Positions 37,640-47,886 are shown, numbered from the stretch's first letter. The stretch is 64,000 nt of DNA from Thermodesulfobacteriota bacterium (GCA_963675595.2 CAXXLZ010000002.1:2368001-2432000), one strand, 5' to 3'. Numbers and translations are program-made. Notes: a model not told the origin generated them from the sequence alone.

Positions 37640-38617
37640 TCAGATGAAAATTTGCACGTCGGCCTTGTCCATCAAATTCTTCATGAAGTTCTTTTGAGCG
37701 TCTTCCAGCATGACCTGCTTAATGGCGATTTCAATGCCCTTCTTGGCCTTTTCATAGGGAATCACATTTTCAGGAACCACCTGATCCGCTTTGATAATGT
37801 GATATCCGTACCGGGTCTTCACGACACCGCTCACCTCGCCCTCCTTTAAGGAAAACGCTGCCTCTTCAAATTCCGGCGGCATGCTTCCCGGAGTCAAAGA
37901 GCCGATCAGACCTCCTTTAAGTCGGCTGGGATCAGTGGAATACTCTTCCGCCACTTTGGCAAAGTCCGCGCCCGCCTTGATCTTCGCGAGAGCTTCCTCA
38001 GCCTTCTCCTTGGCCGCTTGGTGAACGGCTTCCGAAGAGTTTTGAGGTACTTCAATCACGATATGCCGGACCACGACGGTCTTGGGTTTAAAGAATCGTT
38101 CCACGTTCTCTTTGTAGAAATCGTGCAGTTCTTTTTCCGTTAGCACAAATTCCTTTTCCGCAAGCCGACCGACCAGCTTCTGAGCGGCGATGAAATCCCA
38201 TACCTGCGTCCTGAACATGTCCATGGGAATCATGGCTTCCTTCAGGTTTTCTTCGAATTTCTTCTTTCCTCCCTGTGAAACCATGAGACGACCGACCTCT
38301 CGGTCCACCTCCTCGGGTGTAATCTCGATCATGTATTTCCTGGTTTCCTGCTGAAGCAGGAGGTGCTGGATTTCCTGCATCAAAGCGACCCTGGTTACCT
38401 CCTCAAAAGCCTTTTTTCCCGAGTCGGTCCCTTTATCCTCGTGCCATTTCCTGAGCAGGATATTGATAGGCTTCTCAAGTTGCGAGGCGAGCACGGGTTC
38501 GCCGTTGACCGTTGCCACGACTTCCGGCAACGATTTGATGTCGGCGGCTTGAACCGAACCGGCCGCCCATAGGAAGATGCCCAGAAGGGCCATCACGGAT
38601 AGGAACTTGTTAAGCAT
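37640..38617 (-). CDS. PpiC-type peptidyl-prolyl isomerase (SurA/PrsA-like)
   Basis: Signal peptide, VATVNG, RHIVI, FAKVAEEYS.D..GG.IG, FEEAAF, TRYGYHII. Confidence 0.93.
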   Translation of the reverse strand: MLNKFLSVMALLGIFLWAAGSVQAADIKSLPEVVATVNGEPVLASQLEKPINILLRKWHEDKGTDSGKKAFEEVTRVALMQEIQHLLLQQETRKYMIEITPEEVDREVGRLMVSQGGKKKFEENLKEAMIPMDMFRTQVWDFIAAQKLVGRLAEKEFVLTEKELHDFYKENVERFFKPKTVVVRHIVIEVPQNSSEAVHQAAKEKAEEALAKIKAGADFAKVAEEYSTDPSRLKGGLIGSLTPGSMPPEFEEAAFSLKEGEVSGVVKTRYGYHIIKADQVVPENVIPYEKAKKGIEIAIKQVMLEDAQKNFMKNLMDKADVQIFI

Positions 38618-38785
38618 TGGTGGTACCCCTTGATGGTGGTCGTATTCGCGGGAGCACGGCGCATGGAGCCCCCGCCGGTTTGACGAATATCCGTGAAACG
38701 GGTTCCCGGAAATTCGGCGTATCTTAGGAAAAGGCCCGGAGTGCTGTCAAGGCATGGTCGTTGTGACGCTTTTCACGTTTTTCCA

Positions 38786-38815
38786 TTGACGCCTTCAGAA
38801 GTCGTTTGATACATT
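38786..38815 (+). promoter_or_regulatory. Putative sigma70 promoter of folD
   Basis: TTGACG-18 nt-TACATT with extended TG. Confidence 0.55.
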
Positions 38816-38898
38816 GGCATCTTCGTTGACTCCACTAAAACCAGCGCATCAAGAGATTGCGCAACCGAGACTATACTCCACGATGAAAGGAGAAAGGG

Positions 38899-39780
38899 AT
38901 GGCCGCTAAGGTGATTAAGGGCGCCGAGGTCGCCAAGCAGATCCGAGAGGAACTCAAGGCGGAAGTCGCCGAGATGAAAGAAAAACATGGTATCGTTCCC
39001 GGACTGGTAACGATACTCGTGGGTGAAAATCCGGCGTCTCAAAGTTACGTGCGGGCCAAGTCCGCTACCGCCAAGGAACTCGGTTTCCATTCCGTCCAGG
39101 AAAACCGACCCGCCGACATTTCGGAAGAGGACCTGCTGGCACTCATCGACCAGTTCAACAAGGACCCGGAGACTCACGGGATCCTCGTGCAACTGCCTCT
39201 CCCCAAGCACATCAATGAAACCCGCGTCCTCTACGCCATTGATCCCGACAAAGACGTGGACGGATTCCATCCCGTAAACGTCGGCAAACTGATGATCGGT
39301 ACCTCCGAATTCCTTCCCTGCACGCCCGCCGGCATCCAGGAACTGCTGGTGCGTTGCGGCGCCCCGCTTGAGGGTGCGGAAGTGGTCGTGGTGGGCCGCT
39401 CCAACATCGTGGGCAAGCCCATCGCCGTTATGCTGATGCAGAAGGGTGCCAACGCCAACTCTACCGTGACCGTGGTTCACACCCGAACCAAAGACGTGGC
39501 GTTCCACACCAAACGTGCGGACATCCTGATCGCCGCGGTCGGCGTCACCGAATACGTCAAAGGCGACATGATCAAGGAAGGCGCCTATGTGATCGACGTG
39601 GGCGTCAACGAAGTGGGTCGCACGGCGGAAGGGAAACGCATCCTCAAGGGTGACGTGGAATACGAAGCCTGCGCCGAAAAAGCGGCGGCGATTACACCGG
39701 TGCCCGGCGGCGTCGGCCCCATGACCATCACCATGCTCATGAAGAACACGGTGAAGGCCGCCAAAATGCGCATTAAATAG
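38899..39780 (+). CDS. folD: Methylenetetrahydrofolate dehydrogenase/cyclohydrolase
   Basis: YVRAK, GILVQLPLP, KDVDGFH, PCTP, GRSNIVGKP, TPVPGGVGPMT. Confidence 0.98.
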   Translation: MAAKVIKGAEVAKQIREELKAEVAEMKEKHGIVPGLVTILVGENPASQSYVRAKSATAKELGFHSVQENRPADISEEDLLALIDQFNKDPETHGILVQLPLPKHINETRVLYAIDPDKDVDGFHPVNVGKLMIGTSEFLPCTPAGIQELLVRCGAPLEGAEVVVVGRSNIVGKPIAVMLMQKGANANSTVTVVHTRTKDVAFHTKRADILIAAVGVTEYVKGDMIKEGAYVIDVGVNEVGRTAEGKRILKGDVEYEACAEKAAAITPVPGGVGPMTITMLMKNTVKAAKMRIK

Positions 39781-39835
39781 GCGCAGCAGAAATTCGCGAG
39801 TCCGGAAGGAAACGCCTTACGGACCCCCACGAAAA

Positions 39836-39864
39836 CCGCCTGGATCTGGTGTAGACCGGGACGG
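39836..39864 (+). ncRNA. pan RNA motif (cis-regulatory hairpin with two bulged A) upstream of panB
   Basis: CCG-CCTGG-A-TC-TGGTGTA-GA-CCGGG-A-CGG: stem with one bulged A on each strand, in the panB leader, followed by a terminator. Confidence 0.75.
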
Positions 39865-39897
39865 GAAAGTGATGGGACATGATATCATTTTTTTCTT

Positions 39898-39932
39898 AAG
39901 CCCTCTTGACGAGCTCAGGGGGGCTTTTTTTT
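39898..39932 (+). terminator. Intrinsic terminator/attenuator in panB leader
   Basis: AAGCCCTCTTGA-CGAGC-TCAGGGGGGCTT followed by a T-run, 13 nt before the panB ATG. Confidence 0.85.
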
Positions 39933-39945
39933 CCGGAGCGAGGCA

Positions 39946-40785
39946 ATGAGCGAAAAAAGAAGCAAGGTGACCATACCGTACCTGCTGGAACGGAAGCGCA
40001 GCGGAAGCAAAATCAGTATGTTGACGGCCTACGACTTTTCCATGGCGTCCATCATGGACGAGGCCGGCGTCGACATGGTCCTGGTGGGAGACAGCCTGGG
40101 AATGGTCGTCCTGGGATATGAATCCACCGTACCGGTGACCATGGACGAAATGCTTCATCACTGCAAAGCGGTGCGCAGAGGCATCAAGCATGCTTTCCTG
40201 GTGGGAGACATGCCCTTCATGTCCTACCAAATTTCAAAGGAGGAGGCCTTGCACAACGCGGGCCGTTTCATCAAGGAAGCCGGCTGCGACGCCGTGAAGA
40301 TCGAAGGCGGAGTGGAAATCGCGGACACGGCGGCCTTCCTGGTGAAAATGGGGGTACCCGTAGTGGGTCATATTGGTCTCACTCCCCAGACCGCCACTTC
40401 CCTGGGTGGTTTCAAAGTACAGGGCAAGGACATCGAATCGGCCAGAAAGCTTCTCGAATCGGCCAGAGCCTTGGACGGAGCCGGAATCTGTTCACTGGTC
40501 ATCGAATGCGTCCCCGACAAGGTGGCTGAAAAGATCACCGAGTCCATCAGTGCGCCGACCATCGGAATCGGCGCGGGTTCGGGATGTGACGGGCAAGTGC
40601 TGGTCTCCAACGACCTGTTGGGTCTTTTCCGGAAATTCACGCCCAAGTTCGTCAAGAAATACGCCGACCTGTTTCCACTCATCGACGAAGCCGTCAAGAA
40701 CTACATCAAGGAAGTGTCCGAAGGTACGTTTCCCGGAGAAGAGCATACCTTCGTCATGAAGGAAGACCTGAGCGACTTATCCTGA
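39946..40785 (+). CDS. panB: 3-methyl-2-oxobutanoate hydroxymethyltransferase
   Basis: LTAYD, LVGDSLGM, DMPFMSY, VKIEGG, GHIGLTPQ, GIGAG..DGQVLV. Confidence 0.98.
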   Translation: MSEKRSKVTIPYLLERKRSGSKISMLTAYDFSMASIMDEAGVDMVLVGDSLGMVVLGYESTVPVTMDEMLHHCKAVRRGIKHAFLVGDMPFMSYQISKEEALHNAGRFIKEAGCDAVKIEGGVEIADTAAFLVKMGVPVVGHIGLTPQTATSLGGFKVQGKDIESARKLLESARALDGAGICSLVIECVPDKVAEKITESISAPTIGIGAGSGCDGQVLVSNDLLGLFRKFTPKFVKKYADLFPLIDEAVKNYIKEVSEGTFPGEEHTFVMKEDLSDLS

Positions 40786-40879
40786 CGTTTGGACACCTAC
40801 GGAGGAAGACCCGCTTAGGGCGCGTTTTCCTCCATTCTTTCGGGACGGATTGATTAAGACTTTACAGGGAGGCGTTTCC

Positions 40880-41815
40880 TTGAAATTCTGCGTCGTGGGT
40901 CCGGGAGCCATGGGCTGCCTGTTTGCGGCCTACTTTCAGCAAGCCGGATTTGATGTGGCACTCCTGGACCATCGCCCCGACCGGGCGGCTCTCATAGCGT
41001 CCAGCGGTATCGTGGTGGAAGGCGTACGGGGTCGGCATGAAGTTCCCGTGCGCGTCATCTCCGACCCGACGGAAGCGGATCGACCCGATGCGGTTTTGGT
41101 CTGCGTCAAGTCATACGACACGTTTGAGGCCGGGAAGACTCTTCGGCAAATCATCGACGACGACACCCCCGTGATCACCGTGCAAAACGGCCTCGGGAAC
41201 GTGGACGCCCTATTACAGTCGCTTGGGGGCAAAGGACGGATTGTCGCCGGGATCACTTCCCAGGGAGCGACCGTGCTGGGGCCCGGGCATGTGCGTCACG
41301 CCGGAGAAGGGGATACGTTCCTCGGCGCGGCGTCTGCGGATTCGGGCGATTCGCTGGATAAGCTTCTAAGCTGTTTCGACAAAGCGGGTTTTCCCGCAAG
41401 CGCGGTGGAAAACATCCAAGATTTGATCTGGAGCAAGCTCATCGTCAACGTGGGTATCAACGCGCTCACGGCCCTCACACGCCTGAAAAACGGGGAAATT
41501 GCACACCACGACGGGACTCTGGCTCTAATGGATCACGCGGTCCGAGAAGCGGTAGCCCTCACCGAGGCTCTGGGCATCCGTCTGGTTTATTCCGATCCCT
41601 TGGGGCAGGTGAAAAAAGTGGCCGAACTCACCTCTGGAAACGTCTCGTCCATGCTTCAGGACGTACTGAGGAACAAACGAACTGAAATCGACTTCATCAA
41701 CGGAGCCATCGTCCGGCAAGGCGAGGCTTTAGGCATTCCCACACCGGTCAACGAGTTTCTGACCCATTTGGTGCGCACCATGCAAGAAACCTACGACCTG
41801 CAGGTAACCATTTGA
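40880..41815 (+). CDS. panE: 2-dehydropantoate 2-reductase
   Basis: GPGAMG, VKSYD, QNGLG, WSKLIVN..IN, SSMLQD..RTEIDFING; TTG start after AGGGAGG. Confidence 0.95.
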   Translation: MKFCVVGPGAMGCLFAAYFQQAGFDVALLDHRPDRAALIASSGIVVEGVRGRHEVPVRVISDPTEADRPDAVLVCVKSYDTFEAGKTLRQIIDDDTPVITVQNGLGNVDALLQSLGGKGRIVAGITSQGATVLGPGHVRHAGEGDTFLGAASADSGDSLDKLLSCFDKAGFPASAVENIQDLIWSKLIVNVGINALTALTRLKNGEIAHHDGTLALMDHAVREAVALTEALGIRLVYSDPLGQVKKVAELTSGNVSSMLQDVLRNKRTEIDFINGAIVRQGEALGIPTPVNEFLTHLVRTMQETYDLQVTI

Positions 41816-41972
41816 AATTGTGGGAAAGCTTCGAATCGACAAACCTTGAGGCTTAAGTTGGGAACCGTAGGGTCACATCCGGGTGTGCTGCGGTACGGCC
41901 GGGTTCATTAGTGTTTCATCGTTATCCGCATTGAAGCCCGATGCCACCCGAAACCGGGAGAGGAGCAGGTTG

Positions 41973-42980
41973 ATGAGCATCCTTCGTTTCCTTTCGGCGT
42001 TCTTCATGACGTGCTGTTTCTTGTTCTCCGCCGGCGCGGTCGCCGCAGCCGATGAGGATTTTCCCTTCGAGCCTTTCTCCCATAGAAACCAAGGCGTCCC
42101 CGCCATGCTCTTTTTGCCTTTCGAGCCGGCTCCGGCCCGGACTCTGCAAAAAGGCGCCCTGCAGACTCGACTGGACGTCCACTATTCCAACATCTCCACC
42201 CAGGAATCCAACGCCAACGGGTCTCTTGATTTCGACATCGAGTTCATGGAGTCCACCTTGCGGGCCGATTACGGGATAACGGACAGGTTTCAGCTCGGCA
42301 TCAGCATTCCCTATCGATATTACTGGGGGGGATTCCTCGACGGGTTCATCGAAGGCTTCCACGACTTCTTCGGCTTTCCCGACGGCGGTCGAGAAAGCAT
42401 CCCCAATGATCTGACGCACATCGATTGGCAATATCGCGGTTCCACGATCTCCGCGATCTCCTCTTCAAGCCACGGGCTTGGAGACATCTCGCTCATCGGG
42501 AAATATGCGCTTCTGCTGGAAGGACGCTACGCCCCGGCGGTAAGCGCCATAGCGCACGTGCGATTTCCCACCGGGGACGAGGATGAAATGCTCGGAGCGG
42601 GAAGAATCGGTTACGGTGGAGGACTGGCCGCGGACAAGCGATTCGGACGTTTCGTACTGAATGCCAATCTCCAATATTTCGTGCTCGACCAACCCGACTC
42701 TTTCGGCGAACTCGAAGTAAAGAATTCCCTGGCCTACTCCTTTATGACGGGCTATCGCCTGATCGGCGGGTTCATCCCCATGATACAGGTCAACGGCGCA
42801 ACTCCCCTTTTCGAGGACACGGGTCTCGGGCCGTTGGACAAGAATCTGCTCGAATTGATCGTGGGGTTTCAGCTCAATTTCACGGAAGCGACCCGCTTCC
42901 AGTTCGGTTTCGTGGAGGACCCCATCAGCGGTACCAGCCCGGATTTCTCAGTATTTTTCGGTTTGATCCAGGCGTTCTAG
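41973..42980 (+). CDS. Outer-membrane beta-barrel protein (DUF3187-like)
   Basis: Signal peptide, GGFLDGFIEGFHDFFG, GLGDI, PTGD, C-terminal Phe. Confidence 0.75.
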   Translation: MSILRFLSAFFMTCCFLFSAGAVAAADEDFPFEPFSHRNQGVPAMLFLPFEPAPARTLQKGALQTRLDVHYSNISTQESNANGSLDFDIEFMESTLRADYGITDRFQLGISIPYRYYWGGFLDGFIEGFHDFFGFPDGGRESIPNDLTHIDWQYRGSTISAISSSSHGLGDISLIGKYALLLEGRYAPAVSAIAHVRFPTGDEDEMLGAGRIGYGGGLAADKRFGRFVLNANLQYFVLDQPDSFGELEVKNSLAYSFMTGYRLIGGFIPMIQVNGATPLFEDTGLGPLDKNLLELIVGFQLNFTEATRFQFGFVEDPISGTSPDFSVFFGLIQAF

Positions 42981-43147
42981 CCGGCTCCTGATAAACGAGT
43001 ACGGGAGGACGTTCGCGGTGTGCATTTTCGTGGGGGTCCGAACGGGCCTCCACGGAATCGGAGGCCGCCCATGCGCCGGCCACAAGAAGCGCGGCCGCAC
43101 CCGGGAAGTATCCCCTTGCGAACCGTATGGGAACCTCTCCTGACAGC

Positions 43148-43289
43148 CCGTTGAAAAAAGCCGGTTGCCACAGGTTGATGAAAAACGATGACATGCAAGG
43201 CGCGCAAATCTCGAGGAATGAGACGTACATAGAGTACATCGCAGTGACGAGGGATGGAGCCCAACGCCGCAGATCGCGTTTTTCAACGG
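43148..43289. mobile_element. MITE-like non-autonomous element with 11-bp terminal inverted repeats
   Basis: CCGTTGAAAAA (43148-43158) and TTTTTCAACGG (43279-43289) flank about 120 nt of non-coding sequence between convergent genes. Confidence 0.65.
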
Positions 43290-43318
43290 CCCGCTGACGG
43301 TCAACGTCTCAGCCGGCC

Positions 43319-44227
43319 TCAGGACGCCTTCCCTCCCGCCAACACCTCCAGAGCCCTGAACAGCGACTGAGTGCCCATGGAACCGTACCCGAGCGCCCTG
43401 GCCCCCAGGTAAAGCTGACGGCAGAGGGCGAGGCCGGGCAGAGGAAGGTTCATTTGTTCCGCTTCCTTGAGGACGATTCCCATGTCTTTGAGGAAATGCT
43501 CGATCACAAAGCCCGGATTCATGTCGCCCTTGGCGATCCTGGGTCCATAATTGGATAGAGCCCAGTTGGCCGCCGCTCCGGACCCCACGACTTCGATTAC
43601 CTCGTTGATATTCAGGCCGGCCTTGACGGCATAGAGAAGACATTCCACCATACCGATCATGGCGCCTGCGACCATGATCTGATTCGAGGCTTTGGTATGC
43701 TGGCCGCTTCCGGCCTTTCCCATAAGTCGAATGCTTTTTCCCATGGTCTGGAACAATGGGAGCACGAATTCGAAGGGTTCCGGGTCTCCTCCGACCATAA
43801 TGGAAAGGGTTCCAGCCCTAGCCCCCACGTCTCCACCGGAAACGGGAGCGTCCAGCACCCGGATTCCCTTCTCGCCGCCCTCACGATGGATTTCAACCGC
43901 CAACGAAGGTTCGCTGGTGGTCATGTCCACGAAGACGCCGCCCTTCCCAAGACCGTTTATGGCCCCCCGATCGCCGAGAGCCACTTCCCTAACATCCTCG
44001 GGCAATCCCACGATGGCGAACACCACGTCGGACTCTCGGGCGACTTCCAGCGGAGAGTCCGCCCAGCGCGCGCCTTTGTCCAACAAAGATTGAGCTCGCG
44101 ACCGCGTGCGGTTAAAGACCGTGGTTGGATAGCCTGCGTCGAGCACGTGCCCGCACATGGAAAGTCCCATGATGCCCGTACCGATCCAACCCACTCGGGT
44201 CTTCTCCGGAGTAACTGCTGCCGTCAT
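43319..44227 (-). CDS. NAD(P)-dependent beta-hydroxyacid dehydrogenase (3-hydroxyisobutyrate/tartronate semialdehyde reductase family)
   Basis: GWIGTGIMG, DAPVSGGD, GSGQHTK..NQ, F..HF.KD. Confidence 0.93.
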   Translation of the reverse strand: MTAAVTPEKTRVGWIGTGIMGLSMCGHVLDAGYPTTVFNRTRSRAQSLLDKGARWADSPLEVARESDVVFAIVGLPEDVREVALGDRGAINGLGKGGVFVDMTTSEPSLAVEIHREGGEKGIRVLDAPVSGGDVGARAGTLSIMVGGDPEPFEFVLPLFQTMGKSIRLMGKAGSGQHTKASNQIMVAGAMIGMVECLLYAVKAGLNINEVIEVVGSGAAANWALSNYGPRIAKGDMNPGFVIEHFLKDMGIVLKEAEQMNLPLPGLALCRQLYLGARALGYGSMGTQSLFRALEVLAGGKAS

Positions 44228-44372
44228 TGTGCCTCCTGCTGGTTGTTGAACTCGAAATAAATGCCTCGCGGCACATGGCCTGAAATGAAGAGCCGCCGGG
44301 TTCAACGATTTGACTTGGCGGGACGTTAGGTGATTTCGAAACGGACCGCCGGAGCGCCGTCTCGAGGAAACG

Positions 44373-44663
44373 TCAAGATCCGCCCGCCGAAGTCCTCTTT
44401 GTCAGCATCGTGGCCTGCTTATCACGCCGATCGTCCACTTTCAGTTGAAGCGAGATGCGTTGCGCCCCTTCTTCCGCGTGAGCCCCGTGTATCTTCTTCA
44501 CGAGAGCGAACAACGAATCCAGGTCCGGTACTTCCACACAGGTCCCCATGGCACCGATCTCATAAGGATAGCCGGATTCCTTGATCACGGCCACGCCCTT
44601 TCTCACGAAGCGCCCCAAACTGGTTCCCTCCCCGATGGGGAAAACCGAAATTTCCGCGATCAT
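44373..44663 (-). CDS. MTH1187/thiamine-binding family protein
   Basis: MIAEISVFPIG..S, GAMGT.VE, KVDDRRDK. Confidence 0.88.
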   Translation of the reverse strand: MIAEISVFPIGEGTSLGRFVRKGVAVIKESGYPYEIGAMGTCVEVPDLDSLFALVKKIHGAHAEEGAQRISLQLKVDDRRDKQATMLTKRTSAGGS

Positions 44664-44698
44664 GTTCTCCTCCTTTTCAACGTATCCCGAAAACGGGA

Positions 44699-45895
44699 TC
44701 ACAGTTTGATCTTACGGGTCACCCGGAACAGTAAGATGATCGTCAGGATGATGCCCAGGGATACTCCCGTCATGGCGATGAACACGGCGGACAACGACCA
44801 CCCTTCCTGCACCCAAGCGGCGAACTTGACCGCCAGGGACCCAACCCCGAAGGTCAACACGAATTTGGTTCCATAGGCGCTGTGCCGAAGCTTTTCCGGG
44901 GTCAGCTTGGCCACCAGCGTATTCTCGATGGGCTGCATGCCCAACAAAAACAGCATATACCCCATGGTCGCCAGAAGCAACGGAACGTCCGCCGTCCAGG
45001 CCATGGTGAACACCATGGGCAAGGCCAAGCCGTGAAAAATGAGATACCCCCATCTGGGTTCGTGCTTTTCGGCAAACCGCCCCCCGAGATACTGGCCGAG
45101 CATCCCGATAACGAACACCAAAGAGGTCAACGCGGTGGCGGCTACGTTCCTGGACGTGGGAAACCAGCGAACCTCGCTCATGGCGTCGAAAATTGCCTGA
45201 CTGTTCAATTCGAAGTAGGAAGGAAGCACCACCGTTGCGCTTCTGTACGCGATACCCCCGAGCATCATGACGATGCAGAGCACCATGAAACCCTTGGCCA
45301 ACGTCCCCACGGGGTGGTTGTCGGTGCGCTCCTTCTTTTCGGGCTCCGCAGTGGGCATGAACAACATCAAAGCCGCTCCCACGAGATTCAACACGCCCAG
45401 AAAGAGATAGGCCCCTTTACACCCGTACGCGTGATTGATCACGCCCGTGAGAATGGGGGCCACGGCGAGACCCGCGTTTCCCGCGATGCCGTTGTACCCC
45501 ATCGCCATGCTCATGCGTGTCATTCCGCGGGAAATCAGGCCTAATCCGGCGGGGTGATAGATCCCTGAGAACAAGCCGATACCCGCCAGGCAAACGGCGA
45601 AGATACCGGGCGAATCCAGAAAGGACGACGCCGCCAGCCCGCAGGCTCCGGCTCCGGCGTAGAAGACCAGAAGCAGAGGCTTGGCTCCGATCGCGTCGCT
45701 CGCCAGGCCCCACGGCAAGGCCGTCAATCCGAACAGCATGTACATCCAGAACGAAAGTGCCAAGACTTCACCGATGGGCATGCCGTACTGATCGGCCAGG
45801 GGCAATACCAGTGCCGGGAAGACCAGCATGTTGAAATGACTCATAAAATGACCAAAAGAGGTCACAGCCAGAATATTTCGCTCGTTTTTGCTCAT
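44699..45895 (-). CDS. MFS transporter
   Basis: GHFMSH, G..SD..G motif A, GIYHPAG; about 12 TM; start ATG 45895. Confidence 0.9.
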   Translation of the reverse strand: MSKNERNILAVTSFGHFMSHFNMLVFPALVLPLADQYGMPIGEVLALSFWMYMLFGLTALPWGLASDAIGAKPLLLVFYAGAGACGLAASSFLDSPGIFAVCLAGIGLFSGIYHPAGLGLISRGMTRMSMAMGYNGIAGNAGLAVAPILTGVINHAYGCKGAYLFLGVLNLVGAALMLFMPTAEPEKKERTDNHPVGTLAKGFMVLCIVMMLGGIAYRSATVVLPSYFELNSQAIFDAMSEVRWFPTSRNVAATALTSLVFVIGMLGQYLGGRFAEKHEPRWGYLIFHGLALPMVFTMAWTADVPLLLATMGYMLFLLGMQPIENTLVAKLTPEKLRHSAYGTKFVLTFGVGSLAVKFAAWVQEGWSLSAVFIAMTGVSLGIILTIILLFRVTRKIKL

Positions 45896-46235
45896 ATTGA
45901 CTCCTATGCGACTTCGAGACGACGCTGCAAAGCAGACATGTATTAATGGCAAGGCGTCCGCTTGTCCAGTACTATCTCGAAGACTCGTCCGGACCCGCAA
46001 AGCCCGAGTCGGGAAACTTGGACGATCGAGGCTCGGAGGTCGGCATGCAAGGCCCCGTCGACCGCCTTGGGCATGGAGGGACCGAAGCGGCCTCTTCGCC
46101 GTGGGCGAAACCGCCCGGACTCTTCCCAATGTCCCGGAAGATGGTTATGCTATGCAATGTTTGCACGTGAATTCGCCGTAGATCCAACCGGACCGTTCAG
46201 CAAGCCGGGACCCATACCCGGCATGGGAGACTTGA

Positions 46236-46751
46236 ATGATTTCAGAAAAGGATGAAGTGCTTCAAGGGCTGAAGACTGCAATGGAAGCTGAACTGGCGGG
46301 TAATGCGTTTTACTCCAACGCCGCCGCCGCCACTTCCGACACCAAAGGCAAGGAAACCTTTTCCCGTCTGGCCAAGGAAGAGATGGGTCATTTCAACTAC
46401 CTCAGGCATCAGTATCGATCCGTGCTCAAAACCGGGGATTACGACTTCTCAGAAGAATTTGTTCGCAGCGGGGACGCTCACTCCGCCGGCCCCGTGTTCA
46501 GCCCGGAGCTGAAGGATCGGGTCAAGGACGCGCACTTCGAGATCAGCGCCCTGACCATCGGCATGAAACTGGAAATGGACGCGATCCGCTTCTATGGATC
46601 CCTGGCCGAGAAAGCCGAAAACGAAAAGGCCAAGCAATTCTATAAGGAGTTGGTGGAGTGGGAAAAAGTCCACTATGATTCTTTTTCTCAGGAGCTCGAA
46701 ATGCTCAAAGAAGCGTATTGGCAGGCGAACCAATTCGTGCCTCTGGTCTAA
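46236..46751 (+). CDS. Ferritin-like (rubrerythrin family) diiron protein
   Basis: E..G..FY, EEMGH, E.DA..FY, WEKVH. Confidence 0.9.
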   Translation: MISEKDEVLQGLKTAMEAELAGNAFYSNAAAATSDTKGKETFSRLAKEEMGHFNYLRHQYRSVLKTGDYDFSEEFVRSGDAHSAGPVFSPELKDRVKDAHFEISALTIGMKLEMDAIRFYGSLAEKAENEKAKQFYKELVEWEKVHYDSFSQELEMLKEAYWQANQFVPLV

Positions 46752-46893
46752 ACCCCCATTCCGACCACTACTTCCCGGAGGGATGATACGGCCATGGGTT
46801 CCGAGAGATCACTTCCCCGGAACCGATCGTTTCCGCAGGCGTTTCTTCACGGAACCCATGGCCGTCCCCTCCAAATCATTACCCGACTTCGAG

Positions 46894-47886
46894 TCAAACG
46901 CGCCCCAAACAATCCGGATCGATGTGGCGCAAGTGGGCGGTTCCCGCCATAATCATGATCCGACGAAGCTCGGACGTAATGCTTTCCACCACCCCGCGCA
47001 CGCCGTCGGAGCCGTCGGCGGCCAGCCCATACAGAATGGGGCGCCCTAGTCCCACCAAAACGGCCCCGTGGGCCAGCCCTTTGAACACGTCGCTCCCCCT
47101 TCGAAATCCTCCGTCCATGAAAACGGGAACCTTCGCATCCAGCACGTTGCGGATTTCCTCGATAACCTGTAGCGGATGGGGCAGATAATCCAACGTGTGC
47201 GCGCCGTGGTTGGAAACCATAACGGCATCGGCACCCGCTTCCGCAGATCGTTTCGCGTCGTGAGCGCTCAAGACGCCTTTAAACACCAGAGGCCGATCGA
47301 CCCGTTTTCGGATTTCAGCCAACTCCGTCATGGAAAAGGGGGCGCAGTTCTTGGCCACCTGTCGGTCTCCGATTTTGGTTCCCTGACCCGCGTCGATCTC
47401 GACCCCGACCCAGGTCACCCCGGCTTCCTGGATCCGGTTCAGCTCTTCATGCACTTTGTCTCGATCTTCATACGGTTTGACATTCTGGATCACCGGAACC
47501 CCCAAGGCAACGAGTTCCTTCAAATTTTCCGGCACCGGAGTCCCGGTCCAGACAAGTGACCCCACCGACTTCAGCCCTTCCGCCACCAGTCGAAGACCAT
47601 CTTCCCGAATTGCGGGAATCGGCATGGTCATGGCGCTCATGATCACCGGAGTGCTCAACTGCACCCCCAGCACCGTGACGTCGGTAAAGGCTTCTTTGGG
47701 GGCGTCGACGGCGCGCTGTCTGATAAAAAAGCGGTCCAGAGCTTCCCGGTCGTTACGGAACACCCAGCCCGTTTCCACGGCGCCCAGGGTAAACCCGATC
47801 TTTCGGCCGAGAAGTTCCTCCTCTCCCCTCGCGTAGATCTCGGTCAATTCCACAAAAAGCTCCTTCTCCGGTCGGTTATTATTCAT
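46894..47886 (-). CDS. FMN-dependent alpha-hydroxy acid oxidase family protein
   Basis: LVFKGVL, VSNHG, DGGFRRGSDVFKGLA.GA..V.LGRP. Confidence 0.88.
   Translation of the reverse strand: MNNNRPEKELFVELTEIYARGEEELLGRKIGFTLGAVETGWVFRNDREALDRFFIRQRAVDAPKEAFTDVTVLGVQLSTPVIMSAMTMPIPAIREDGLRLVAEGLKSVGSLVWTGTPVPENLKELVALGVPVIQNVKPYEDRDKVHEELNRIQEAGVTWVGVEIDAGQGTKIGDRQVAKNCAPFSMTELAEIRKRVDRPLVFKGVLSAHDAKRSAEAGADAVMVSNHGAHTLDYLPHPLQVIEEIRNVLDAKVPVFMDGGFRRGSDVFKGLAHGAVLVGLGRPILYGLAADGSDGVRGVVESITSELRRIMIMAGTAHLRHIDPDCLGRV

Noticed and set aside
38820-38895. Possible folate or ZTP riboswitch in the folD leader
   Set aside because: Only a small hairpin (GCGCATC/GATTGCGC) is visible; no recognisable aptamer consensus or expression platform
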